A DNA stretch of 64,000 nucleotides from Octopus sinensis (lineage: Eukaryota), in the NCBI RefSeq assembly GCF_006345805.1, contig NC_043001.1, positions 97,216,001 through 97,280,000 of the forward strand. Reading direction: 5' to 3'. Shown here piece by piece: positions 42,717 to 56,604 of this stretch. Numbering within the stretch: the stretch's first letter is position 1; every line of letters starts with the position of its first letter. The position numbers and the translations under genes were made by a program. Under the pieces are notes generated by a model. That model saw nothing but the letters and a program-made list of their open reading frames with translations. It made no database searches and was not told where the DNA came from.

Positions 42717-43613
42717 TGCATTCATATTCACAGGAGGGTAAAACGCATACGTTACCTATCGGGTCGCAAGTATTATATACAAAACTTTGTAGCGCAGTAT
42801 CATTGGACTTCAACTTTATTCATTCACATTTATGCAATCCCCGTTAAAACTGACTTCTGTACTTAAGACATATTCTGGGTAAACGAGATGTTTATATTCT
42901 AATCTTCACAGAGTTAATGAAAGCAGAGCTTATTTTTCAGGGAAGAAAATATTGAGAGCATAAATATATTTTACGGGTTTCTCGTTAATTCTTTATCAAT
43001 AACATAAATGACATTTTAAGCTGAAATGAGGATGAACGTAATCTGTTATATTCTATGGAAAGCAGACGGACTACGTGAAATGTATTTCTGTTACAAAATT
43101 TGTTTTACTTTTTGCAATAAATCTATATAACTGGTGTATCATAAGTTATTTTTGATATACCAGTTCCTTTATATGAGAATATATCAATACGGGAATATAT
43201 CCAAGATATATTTATCTCTTTGCGTTTCCTTTAAGAATCTAGTTGTGTTAATTCTGTATAAACAGTTACATCTCAGAAAGACGAAAGCACCAGCACTTTC
43301 TCGGGCTCATCATCAATATGCACTGTTACATAATATAATTCAGCCACAAGGACGAAAAATATATGAAACAACATACACAGAACTCTATCACAACCGTGTC
43401 CTCACACATTCATTATCGACAATTTTTAGACGAGGACAGCAAATTTATCATTCAACGTGGCTGTGTGGTAAGAAACATGTTTCTCGATCCCATGATTCCG
43501 GCTTCAGTCTCACTCTGTGGCTCATTGGGCAAGTTTGTTTTATTATAGGCTCGGGCCGAAACAAGACTTGAGAGTGCATTTGATAGACGGAAACTGAAAG
43601 AAGGCCGTCGAAT

Positions 43614-43649
<36 letters not shown>

Positions 43650-43720
43650 GTGTGTGTGTGTTTGTGTTTGTGTGCGTATCTATTTATGTACGGATATGTA
43701 TATATATATATATATATATA

Positions 43721-44324
43721 TAAACAAAGATAAATGCGATACAATAAAATTAATTATAATCGCCGGTGTACCAGTACACGCCATATATTATACATATATC
43801 ATTACATTCAAGGCGAAGAGTGTACTAGATACACAATAGCTGGATAAATTTCGTGAGATGAGAATTAAAAACTTTTACAAACTTAACTTTTCTTATACTG
43901 CAGTTTCGCCAAATTCAGTAATAAAAATAGTATTTATTTACTCAGGCTGGCTCTTCAGTAAGATTCCTGTTAATGATGGAAAGACCATACCAATAGATCC
44001 ATGTGCGTCTATCGAAATGCTCTTTCTAAACTATTCAAAACACTGCGCAGACTCCGAACAAACCCGACAAAATAGGGGATTGTGGTATATCGTCTAACGG
44101 TCAGAAATTTATCGAGAGAATATGTAAACAAAGATAAATGCGATACAATAAAATTAATTATAATCGCCGGTGTACCAGTACACGCCATATATTATACATA
44201 TATCATTACATTCAAGGCGAAGAGTGTACTAGATACACAATAGCTGGATAAATTTCGTGAGATGAGAATTAAAAACTTTTACAAACTTAACTTTTCTTAT
44301 ACTGCAGTTTCGCCAAATTCAGTA

Positions 44325-44327
<3 letters not shown>
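43721..44327 (-). mobile_element. Retrozyme-like / PLE pseudo-LTR 1.5-mer with 404-bp period
   Basis: 43721-43923 is identical to 44125-44327; full HHR at 43891-43963 and 3' half-HHR at 44295-44314. Confidence 0.8.
43891..43963 (-). ncRNA. Type I hammerhead ribozyme, canonical core
   Basis: TCTTA-CTGAAGA-GCCA..TGGC-GAAA-CTGCAG-TA/TAAGA; predicted cleavage after GUA, between 43896 and 43895. Confidence 0.88.
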
Positions 44328-44374
<47 letters not shown>

Positions 44375-45739
44375 TTATGTGTCTGTGTTTGTCCCACCAA
44401 CATCGCTTGACAACTGATGCTGGTGTGTTTACGTACCCGTAACTTAGCGGTTCGGCAAAAGAGACGGATAGAATAAGTACTAGGCTTATAAAGAATAAGA
44501 CCTGGGGTCGATTTGGTCGACTAAAGGCGGTGCTCCAGCATGGATCACCGCCTTTATGACTGAAACAAGTAAAAGAGTATATGAATTCAAGATAGTAATG
44601 TTTCTTTTATCTTTTTTTCTCAAATCCTTAAACTAGGCGATATGAAGTCATATACAAGTTGAATTTAATCGTTGTTTTTAACAGAAAGTAATGATTGACA
44701 AGGGGACTGACCGATATAGATTATGACGTGGTTCTTAATTATTTTTTCTCCGTATATTCTTGTCCACTATACTCACCCACTTTTATATTCCGAATTTATA
44801 ATTTTAAAAGTTTTAAAAGACACCTGTAGTGTTATTTGCTTGAGCTGATATACTAAAACAAATTTTAGCTTTAGCAATTAGTGAGCACAAGTAAAATTTT
44901 GGTAAACAATTCTTATATAAAACCACTGCTAAATAAATAATTTCCCTTTATATATTTACTGCTACATTCAAAATATCGCTTATCTATATTTAATGAAAAA
45001 CGTTTATATTCTATATTCCGATTTTTAATGTTCAATTTAGTCTCATAGTTTCTATGTTCATTGTAAAATTTATTACGACAATTGTTTTATTTTAATATAA
45101 ATGTCTCACTGTATATTATTGTCATATTGTATTTAATAGCAATATTCTTCCTTTTTAGCGTAATATTTCTGTGTCATTTAATATTCTGCTTCAATATTCT
45201 ATTGACATTGCTAATAATCATTCCTAGTTTAATGTAATAAATGCAAATCATAGTTTGCAAAAGTTAAAAGTTATTCTGCATATCATCATAAGAATATATT
45301 TTTAATGGCATTGACTCGTCTCTGCTGTTTAGTATTTGATTATAGATTTTCCAGACGAATTACTGTTCACCCACACACATCACATATACTCACGCACACA
45401 TACAGGCCCACACACGCACACACACGCACACACACACAAGTATAATATTCAATGAGTGCAGTATTTAAGTGGGAGGTACAATATGCTACTTTCACAAATG
45501 ATATAATGGGTAGACAAACTTCTATAGCTTGCCTACAGAGATACGGCACATTAGAAAGATTTTCCGAGCGATGTGTTATCAATAGTATAAGACTTATATC
45601 TGCTCATATTTTAATACTATCTTAATTGTATAATAATATACTCCCTATAAAAACACATATACTTCCACACAATAATGCAGTATATATGTCTCTATATGTA
45701 TACACATACTTACATAATATATATATATATATATATATA

Positions 45740-45831
45740 TTTATTATATAGAAGGAGCTTCTACAGGACTAGAACTGTTTCATTCAAGAGAAATCTTCAG
45801 GAAGCTGTAGAAGCTCCTTCTATATAATAAA
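45740..45831. repeat. Perfect 27-bp inverted repeat whose loop holds an HHR-like core on the minus strand
   Basis: Arms at 45740-45766 and 45805-45831; the loop's minus strand reads CTGAAGA-TTTC-TCTT-GAAT-GAAA-CAGTT. Confidence 0.7.
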
Positions 45832-45899
45832 TTAATTTTACTCTACTATGTATTGAATACCTTATTTACTGTGGTTAACCCCGAATCAACCCGGGACCT

Positions 45900-45992
<93 letters not shown>

Positions 45993-46034
45993 GATATAAG
46001 ATGTATAATGTATAACATATATTATATATATTTT

Positions 46035-46700
46035 GAATTCCTATTCAAACAAGGAGAGAGGTTCACAATTAAAACCAACTCCTCTCGTGATTCCGAGAAT
46101 CTAATTTATGTTATAACTTGCTCAGGTTGTGGACATAACTATATAGGAAGACAAGTATGACACTCGGACGTAGAACCACACTTCATAGGGAGCAGGTCCT
46201 GTTCCCACAATACAGATAGATTCCTTTGAGTGAACACATAGCGAAATGTGCAGGTATTATCCAACCAAACTTATTCAGCCCTATCTACGAGTGCAAAGAA
46301 ACAATTTCTATACAAGAACGTTTAAATTAAAAAAAGTTGTTAATCGAACAAAACGAGAGGCGTCTAAATATGAACGCATAACCAACTTTGACTTCAGTAT
46401 ATATTTTAGTTCATGAGCACATACCCATCGCTGTACATATTTTTCTCACTAGTTCACTTTTTAAATTTTTGTGCATATATATCACCTCCCCGAAAGATGA
46501 ACAATTGCTTCCCTTGTCCCCAGTAATAACTTTCATCAATTACCTCTACTTAAATTTTTCTACTTGTTGAATCATTCATTCATAAACTTCTGCACAAACA
46601 ACATGGACTAAAATTTACTTAAAGAAACACGAAATTACAATACTTTGAATGTCATGATTATCAAAAGCGAAACCGGTCGACAAATACAATAGGAAGTATA
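46035..46700 (+). pseudogene. PLE 3' fragment: GIY-YIG endonuclease remnant plus 3' UTR with decayed HHR (46650-46682)
   Basis: EFLFKQGERFTIKTN..NLIYVITCSGCGHNYIG, related to the 31-kb element; TGTC-ATGATTA..GAAA-CCGG-TC-GACA. Confidence 0.85.
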
Positions 46701-46885
46701 TTAAAAATATGTTAGAAAATATCTTAGAACTATGCAAAGTGTGTTCATTTTCCTTCTCTTATCTCATCTATACACACAAACCCACACACACTCAAACACA
46801 TATATACATATGTGAATGTAAGCACATATCTGCATATATTTACATATATGTACACCCACATATAACAAAAACATACACACATAAG

Positions 46886-47013
46886 ATAGGCTTCATTCAG
46901 TTATTGTCTATCGGAGAAGGCACTCGTGGTTATAGAAGACAAACACAGTGGGACTAAACCCGGAACCATGTGGTTGTGAAGCAAGCTTGTTACCGCACAG
47001 CAACGCCTACGCC
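46886..47013 (-). mobile_element. SINE family A head fragment
   Basis: CAGTGGGACTAAACCCGGAACCATGTGGTTG..GCAAGCTTGTTACC. Confidence 0.75.
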
Positions 47014-47682
47014 TATACACAGCCACGTTTGTGCCCATCACACTCGCGCCTACATCTACTCACACACACACACACACAGACAAACACAGACAGACACACA
47101 TATGTATATGTGTATGTATATATGTATGTCCCTTCTACTTTTTAATTATTGGAAATCTTCCACTGAGCAGGGAGCTGCTTTCCAGCAACGATACAAAGCT
47201 CCGTCTTTGGGATGTAGTTAACACAGACGAATTCACGTTTGGAACTTGAGAAAAGGCTTGCATATTTTTACTCTTCCACTCACAGATTGCACTTGTAACG
47301 TAAGAAGTGTGCATTAGTTTAGAGCATAAAATCCTATAGTCTGACGAAGTGGCAATTATTCTTTTCTTCATACCAAGATGCCCAGTTATTGCACATACAT
47401 GAAGTTAAGCTTAATATTCTCGGCAGTCACAAGTTTGGAGACATTTGAAGCGATGTAACTGCAAGGTTCACATTGTAATATTTTTCCGCAATCATTCAGT
47501 CAATGCACTCAATGCACACACACACGCGCGCACACACATATATAATGGAGTAATTGCATAAAATGTATAAATGGATGATGAGTGAAGCATCGTTTACCTT
47601 TTGTTATCCGTAGATTTACTGCAGCAAATTCGTAGTGGCGGTTGGGGTAACAGTATTAATAAAATATATAGATATATATACT

Positions 47683-48022
47683 TTTCCTCTTTTACTATTT
47701 CACTAGTTTCAATAATTCGACTGTGGCCATGATGGAGCACCACATTTTACTCAAGCAAATCGACCCCAGAACTTATCCTTTGTAAGCCTAGTACTTATTC
47801 TTCCTCCTCTTTTGCCGAACGGCCAATATACGGGGATGTAAACACACCAACACTGGTCGTCAAGTGATGGTGGGGTGACATACATAGACACAAATACATA
47901 TACGCATATATCATATATGTATATATATTTATTTATTTCATCCCAAGTTGCCCCGCAGTGGACTGAACCTGGAACTATATGTTAGGGAAGCAAGCTTCTT
48001 ACAAGACAGTCACGACTGAGAC
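47683..48022 (-). mobile_element. SINE family A, diverged and deleted
   Basis: GGCCATGATGGAGCACC..GCAAATCGACCCCAG..GACTGAACCTGGAAC. Confidence 0.8.
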
Positions 48023-48059
48023 TAGGTATGTATATATATATATATTATATATATATATT

Positions 48060-48239
48060 GATAAAACGGTAAGATAACAAAAGAAAGAAAGAGACCTCAA
48101 TATTATGTAAATAGAGGAAATTTATCTATACAATATGTTACATTACTCGGTAGTCAAGATAAAACTCTGAGTTTCAGATGCCGAAGTGGAAATCCACAAC
48201 ACCATCTCTTCGGTTATCTGGCTATTTGAAAACGTTATG

Positions 48240-48287
<48 letters not shown>

Positions 48288-48411
48288 TTTTTTTTTTTTC
48301 ATAACGTTTTCAAATAGCCAGATAACCGAAGAGATGGTGTTGTGGATTTCCACTTCGGCATCTGAAACTCAGAGTTTTATCTTGACTACCGAGTAATGTA
48401 ACATATTGTAT

Positions 48412-48416
<5 letters not shown>
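48060..48416. mobile_element. Fold-back element with 117-bp perfect arms, poly(A)/poly(T) centre and twin hammerheads (48158-48218 minus, 48321-48381 plus)
   Basis: Each arm reads GATAA-CCGAAGA-GATG..CATCT-GAAA-CTCAGAG-TT-TTATC. Confidence 0.88.
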
Positions 48417-48449
<33 letters not shown>

Positions 48450-48465
48450 TATATATACATATATA

Positions 48466-48536
<71 letters not shown>

Positions 48537-48834
48537 ATAATTTTCATTTTGTCTGGGGAGAGTCATTCTCTTTCAGTGCTTTACTATTATCACACTCACT
48601 GGGTAAATTTCCACTCATTTATTCACTTGCAAACATTTCTATAGTGTTTGACTCTGTCCGTTTTCGAGCTGCGACCTTTTTGTTTGGTTCTTCAAATGTG
48701 TGGGGGTCAGTGAGAGTGCGCATACACATATGTATGTATGTATGAATGTATGTATATATAGGGAAAGTTTACATTCATTTACATATATACACACGTATAT
48801 TTATACGTCAGAGTGTATGTGAGTAAGTGTGAAT

Positions 48835-48909
<75 letters not shown>

Positions 48910-50465
48910 ATGTATGTATGCATGCATGTATTTATGTATGTATGTATGTATGTATGTATGTATATATGTATGTTTATGGTATATTTTAAGGTTTCGGTTG
49001 AACGTTTCAACGAATTTTACGTGTTGTGTCTTGATCCGTGAGTACTTTCATTTCTCTATGAATTTTAAAAAAACATTAGAGCATTTCAATAGACAAAATC
49101 GTTTCATAAGATGATAATCGTTTCTTATAAAGATTATTTTAAATTTAATATTAATTACTTAAGTTATCTAAATACAATAAACACAGATTCATCATTCATA
49201 GAAATTTTGGAGTCGGTACTCATGTCTTCTGTGACTTAATTTCCAAATACATGGTACAGCTTTGGTAACACATCGAAGGTTTCATCTATAGTGAAATACA
49301 TTAAGTAGCTGATGATGGAAATGTTTGTTTTTGGTGGGTATAGTAATTATGAGGTGTACATCTCAATCTCAGAAGGTTATCTAATTTGAAAGCTCGTGGA
49401 ATATGATGAATTCAAATACTTATATTGCAGAATTATTGTCATTGGTAACCGTATTATGCTAGTATGTTATTTAATAGTTTGTGTCTTTGGCAAATTATGT
49501 GAAGGAGATAGTGGAGATTCCTGTAACCGGGAAATTGAAAATAATGCTCTAATGGTATTCGAATAAGTCGGTCCATTGAAGAATCTTCATATATGATGAG
49601 AGTGAGCTAAGCAATAACGGAAGAATCAAGAAAGGAATTGAAATTCTTCTGTAAATGGATCTCACACTAAGTGCTTGTCGCATAACACTTCGTTCATAAG
49701 TTAACCTAGTGTATATAATCATATTAATGTTCATAAGGTAACATATTGTATATATCCATAGCGTTTTTCTGTTAGAACTGGCTGCAATAGTGGATTATAT
49801 TATGCTACATTGCATCCATTTAATCTATGAATTTTGTTTGTACTGAACTATTAGTGGAATGTTGATTTGAAAGTACCTGAAGACTCTAGACTGTGGAAAT
49901 ATTGTATTTTATGTAAAATATTTGCAACACGTAACTAAATTATTCGTATAGCTAAAGTGAAACAAAACGCCCTCAATATTGAATCTGTGTAATTTTAGCC
50001 TCCTCAGTAAACGTCACTGACCCACACGGAGGCCTTACGACAATGGAAGATATGAATTTACCGGAAATATAGCAAAGAACTAAGTGTTATTGAAACGTCT
50101 GAAAGTATCCAAACAACGTATAGATTGGCTTTATATCTTAGTTTTGTTATAGTTCCAATAACTTGAAACATACTACAATTGTCAGTTTATAGTGGAATAG
50201 TGTAAAGTTTCTAAATTAATATGGCACTATCATTTTGAACACGAAAATCCGAGTTTGAGCACATTGAAAATTTGAATGGAGAATTCTGTGGAGAGAAATT
50301 AATTCGTACCAACTCGCCAGTGATTTTGAAAATTTGCGTGCCTTTGTAAATATTATGCAGATATACCGACTATACGTTGATTCTGTACATTATACGTCCA
50401 TTCTGTATATTATAATACAAATATGGCATATTACATGAATGCATATATATATATATATTATATAT

Positions 50466-50522
<57 letters not shown>

Positions 50523-51000
50523 ATATATATATGGATAGGTTCGCTCTCTCTCTTTACCTTCTCTTACACTTTCTCTGGTTAGATATACAATTATGAATGC
50601 GCGCACACGCATACATACACATGTGTAAAAATAAATTATTTATTTATGTCTATATATGTGCTTTTGCGTGTATGTCAGTGAATAAAAATACGATGACATA
50701 TACTACTTAACTCTAATTGGTTGTGAAATGTATATTACGCCTGATTATATGTGCAAAACTTAAATGTTAACGAAACTGCACTTGCTGTTTTGGAATATAT
50801 GCCATTTATATTGAATGCTTCCATGTTTACGTTATTGCTCTTATTTCCACTGCTATTTCAGTATATTAATACTCTGTATTCGAATACAAATACACATGCC
50901 TTCTTTTGTATAAGTTCCTTGAATGTTGATTACCAATATAGTATTTATGAGGAAGCAAATTTTAGCGTGTGCGGGTTTACGCATATATATCAACATATGA

Positions 51001-51066
51001 ATGCAGTGTGGATGCAGTAAGGATGCAGTATGGATGCAGTAAGGATGCAGTATGGATGCAGTATGG
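51001..51066 (+). repeat. 11-bp minisatellite GGATGCAGTA(A/T), about 6 units
   Basis: Direct reading. Confidence 0.9.
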
Positions 51067-54000
51067 TCAAATGCTCAGGAAATCTGTTTCGTAATCATTA
51101 GATCCAGACTTCAATTCCCGTTTGAGTCAAATGGAGCAAAACTTGTAGAAGTAAATTAGGCAAGCGTGAGTGGTGTATTAAAGCACCTGTAATTCGATGG
51201 TACAGCAGCTTTGTTACAAATATCGCCTATTGTCTGTAGCTGAGAACGGCTAATATACGGGGACGTAAACTTTTACAAATGTATCTTTTATTATGTGTTT
51301 TATTATATTATTGGTGATCCATGGACTCACTTTGTATGTTATGGGAGCTATAAAAATCCCAACATCTGAAATAAGTCTATAATCAGTTAATTGCTTCGGA
51401 TTTACATATTCGGAACAGAAACAATCTTCAGTTGTTTTACCCTCAGTGAAAAACCCCACTAAAGAAACTGCAGTACTCTAAAAAATAGACCTTCTTGCAT
51501 CCTATTATTATTTAACCTTACATGCATCCTGCGAATATTGGTAATTAAATTACCCGTCCTCTCTCACTAATTATAACTAATTCTTGAAAAACAAGAAAAA
51601 ATAAAATAACATATAAACATACAAACAAAAAAAGGATTAAATAAATCATGAATATTATAAATAATTGTTTTTAATTTTATTCAGAAATATTTCGAAGTTC
51701 TGCTATAGTTCTACTTTCAGCTAAAATATTAACCTCAGTTCAAAACTTGCTAATTAATTTTATTCAAAGACGATATGTCCTTATAATGCAGGTTTAACGT
51801 TAATTCACTTGTGATTTTCAACCAAATATTACTACGTTCTTTCAAGTATATTCCAAAACGATGAGTGGATTAAGTATAATTCTGGCTCAGTTACATTTAA
51901 ACAACGCCGGAAACCATTAACATATTATGATTAAAGGAAGAAAGCGAAAAACGCAATTCCTTCGTTTTCGTTTCTGCTTTACTGTGCATATTTGTCTATC
52001 TTGTCAATAAAACCAATTTAACTTCTCTCAACAGTTCAAAATGAAGAGAAAATTCAATCTGTTTTCGAAATTCGTTGATGATTTATAAAATGAAATAGCC
52101 AGAACGAAAAGCAAATTGCTTTTGTTTAGAGATTTTAAAAAGGAATTGTGTTGACGTAAATGCGAATTGTTGAATTAAATTGTACTTAGGGTTACTCAAA
52201 TGGAGCGAAATCTTTCGCTAAACCATTTCAAAGTCTGAATATTATTGAAATTCTATTGTTAATAAAATTCCAATTTGACTTTGCCACTCTCTTCTACAAG
52301 ACACAAGTCTTCTTAATGGACAATACTTGAAAAATAACAAAAAAAAAAACATTAATCATGAACAGTAGAAATAATTGTTTGACAACTTATTCAGAAATAT
52401 TTGCAAGAGATACACGGCTTTAGTTCTGCTTTTAAAACAGACTTTTGAATAAGTCTTGTGTGTACAATATAGCCCTCTAAAAGTCACACAAAACACATTT
52501 ATCTCCGTACAGTCAACCACAGTTTTGCATACAATGGTTCTATAAACTTTTCTGTAACTGATTAGACGAGGTTAATATTAAAAAAAAACATATAATCTTT
52601 ATTTTCAGACTAGACTCACTTCGGTATTTTACTTCATCGTTGTATTTGGTTGCCAAGATTCTTGGTGTGAATTCGTGTGCTGAAACAAGTGTTGAAACAA
52701 ACTGTGACTTGGTAGGGTCGTTACGCCAATAATATTGATAACACACGCACCACTTCATGTGTTACTATTGTTGGCGTTATGACCCTTTCAATCTACCTTG
52801 GTACTTCACGAAATAATCTTCATCAACTAATTTTTGCCCGTCTCTTTCTAACATATGCAATCACAATAAAATGAAAATTACTATAAATTATTGAGGTGTT
52901 CCGCTTCATATTTTAAACCACTTCTTCATACTTAAAGGTCAATATTTAAACTGTAAGAATAGAACAGCAAGTTAGTAAAAACTTTTTGTAATATCAGAGT
53001 AAATGATTTAGACTATATAATTTATTTTTAATAATTCCTATTTTCAATCCATGAGTTGGCGTTTCAATTTCTATTGTGATTAAAAATATATAATATCGGT
53101 TGCATCTTTCGTATGTATTAGACAAGTTGATAGCATTAAGTTTTCCTTTCAGTGAACCTGAGAAGACTGAGGTTATCCTGATGTATAAAACCATAGCTGT
53201 TTCTAATATCAGTTTTCTCCCAATCACGGAAAATATAGTACAATAATTATACATTGTTGCACTTTAGTCAGCTAATAATGATTAGACCTTGTAATGAGAA
53301 TATTTACTTGGGTTTCATATAACAAAAATTAATTTTAAGAAATAGTGGAGAAAATATAAAATTGTCGAGACCTGCTTGTAATAGATGTTACTGAGCAGCT
53401 GTATTTTCTATGCTTTTTTAAATTTTCATAGAAAAGATTTCTAACTTCTTCAACTGGCATTTCTGTCTCTGTATGTTTATGTAACTGCCTCCTTTTGTTT
53501 CAGGTTACATTCTTTATCACTGTCTCACTTTTCTTTCTCTTGTACCGTTTTTGATTCTCCAATTTCTGATATTGTTTCTGGTTTGTTATTTTTCCTTTAG
53601 GAACATATAGAAAATGAGTCGTAATTCATAATGGTTGGTTTGTTCTCTTTATATTTTTGCCTTCCGAAGTATGATCACTCTTTGATTTTCACTTTTTGTT
53701 TCCACTGTTTGACTTTATTTCAACCTTCGTTTCATGAAAGAGTTTATTTTATCTATTGTCTAGTCGATGTCTTAATACAATTGAATTCATTATACAGAAT
53801 CTGCGTCAATTCAGCTTTGCAAAGTAAACAGTGAAAAAATAAAATGCTTCCACATACCAGCATTATGAAACACCAAATAGCATCGTCTAACATTAGCTGA
53901 ACCAAATTCATTAAAATTTTTTTCATATCCAGAATAAGTTTCGTTTTTACGTCCTTTATCGTGTGACACACTTAATATGTAAAGCCTTTCTGTGCAAACG

Positions 54001-55841
54001 AAAGTAAAGCCAAACGAAGTAGAAAATGATTACTATGCATTCAAATATATCATAAGAGAAATGCTTCATCTTACAAGTCAAACACATCAAAAATGCACTT
54101 GAGCAATGCGAAAACGATCCGCAATAGCTCAATGAATGTTATTTATCTCTGTTTCATTACATATTTTGTGTTTTAGCAATTGTAGATTCACTTGAAAAAC
54201 ATTAACCGTAGAGACGAAATATATCAAACAAAACACTACCTTTTTTTCATAGATCAAATGAAAATTAGATTTGATTTCAATCGGGAACGTAATGTAGCAT
54301 TCTCTGAACGCTAATTAATTTGACAACCGCCTTTGAGTATACAATTACCAACTGACGAAATACTGAGACTATAAGTGATAAATATATCATGTTCTTAGTT
54401 TACTAAAATTATTGCTAATCTAGTCCGTACAAACTGTGATGATAAGCCTATTTGAATAATAATACTGATTAATGGAACTAAATATTACCAAGATATAATT
54501 TATATGTAGGTAGCTTTGAGTTAGTTGTTTAGAAGTACATAAAAACATCTAAACGCATACCAATGTAAGTACACAAGTAAAACAACATGCACCGCCACAA
54601 CTGGAAACATCCACTCAGTCAGTGGTTACCACATAAACGCATGAGACAAATAACATGAGAGATGATGATACAGTCTATGTATGAAGAATTACAGAAGTGC
54701 GCATTTTATTTAACTCTAGATCTACTTTTATTCATTTATTCATTTCATTTGCCATAGAGGCAGTGCAAAGATGAATAGCTTTGCGGGCTGGACAAGACAT
54801 TGATGAGGCGAATGATAACAACACAAGACGATAAGGATGGGAGAAGACAGAAAGCGCGCGCCGACCCTCTCTATTTCTCTATAATATTGTTATTTTAATA
54901 AGATATGTCTTAAGGTAATAACCCTCTTACAATTTACAATATTTTACAATTTCTTAGGACTAAGAAGTCCATTACAATTCAAAACACAATTAGACACATA
55001 TTGAGGCGATGAATCTCTTAATTCACGTCCCCGATTAATTCTCTTGCGGCCTGCAGGCATCCCTGCATCCGCAAGTCTGGGTCCCAAAAAAGTAATCTAT
55101 AATCCTCCCTTGGGAAGGAGCCTGATGTGTGAAAAAATTCCTTTCTTCCCAGTACCAGGCATCTACATTATTTGATAATTTAACTCTAGATCTACTTTAA
55201 TTGATGATTTAACACACTCACCGGTAAAATCTCCATCGTTTATTTATTTTTCTAAAACTTTCGTTGCGTCTTGCAATAATTATTGATTCTGTCCGTTATT
55301 GACGCTGCATTCTTTTTGTTTGTTTGTGTGCATGTGTGTGGTCAGTATGTGTGCGTGTGCATACACGTGTATGTATGTATGTATGTTTGTATGTTTGTAT
55401 GTATGTATGCATATGTGTGTATGCATGTATGTATGTGTGTGTGTGCGTATGTATATATATATGTATGCATGTGTGTACGTTTGTATGCATGTATTCTGCC
55501 TGCATATTCATGTGTTTGTGTGCCTTTGTATGTGTGTGTATGTTTGCATGTGTGTGTGTACCTCATTCTACATGTCTGTACTTTCTGACTGTGTCTGTGT
55601 GTGTATGGGTTTTAATTGGCAGCTACTTAGTGTGTCTGTACAGATGGGTGTTTATCTCCGTATGTATGGCTGTGTGTCTCCATATCCATCCTTGTGTGAT
55701 TTGAGGAGTGTGTGTATATATGGTCATGTGTTCATTTCTGTACGAGTGTGTATGTGTGTTTGTCTGTTCCTATAACCTTCCTACCTATCCGTTTGTATGT
55801 CTGTTTATATTCATATTCATATGCCTATATACATGTATATA

Positions 55842-55883
<42 letters not shown>

Positions 55884-56086
55884 TAGTAGTTGAATGAATT
55901 ATCTTATTATGGATAATTCGGTTAACCGATACCTGGGTAGCAAATTCACGTCAGAAAAACACGGTTGAAGCTACATGCCTAGGGCAGAGATCACGTGCTA
56001 TCGTGTGGAAATTTGTGTGTTTTTTTAAATACAAATAAATGAAAGAATGGAGTTGAACGACGAATTAACAAAATTCCTTTATTTTA

Positions 56087-56169
56087 TTTTCGACATATGT
56101 TTCGAAGGCTGCATATTCCTAATTTCGAAGGAATAAGGGGTGCATTATGCCGCCTTCTCATCAGGAAAA
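56087..56169 (-). ncRNA. Type I hammerhead ribozyme, canonical core with GUC site
   Basis: TTTTC-CTGATGA-GAAGGC..GCCTTC-GAAA-CATATG-TC/GAAAA. Confidence 0.9.
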
Positions 56170-56569
56170 GTAAGGAACTTCTGTCAGCATCAAGATGCAC
56201 AAAAGCTTTTAGATGACTGCCCACACAGAGCCCATAGCGATAATGTGTGTTTCTTTAAAATATTCCGTTATAAGCAGTGACGTCAAAAATGGTTGAATGT
56301 AGAAGATTCTAGAAGGTTTAAGTGTTCAAACAAGGTTGGAGGAGAGAGACCTAAGAATAGGAAGGTAAAAGGGTGCAGGTCAAATGAATGGTGATTTTGT
56401 TGTTTTCTTTTGTGAATGAGTGCCTATGTGTGTGTATGTATATAACTGCATTAATGGCTATGTGTGTGTATGTGCGTGCGTGATTGTGTACGTGGATGGG
56501 TAGATGCCAAAAACAGACAGTGGTGAAGTGACAGGTTTGTGTCTGTGTGTTTGATTGTACTTACGATAG

Positions 56570-56604
<35 letters not shown>

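Larger units (their letters stand above)
43456..44578 (+). mobile_element. SINE family A halves (head 43456-43611, tail 44370-44578) separated by a nested insertion
   Basis: Both halves are in the correct order and orientation, with the insertion inside the central microsatellite. Confidence 0.8.

Noticed and set aside
51001-51066. Short repeat array considered as CRISPR-like
   Set aside because: No spacers, 11-bp unit and a eukaryotic context.
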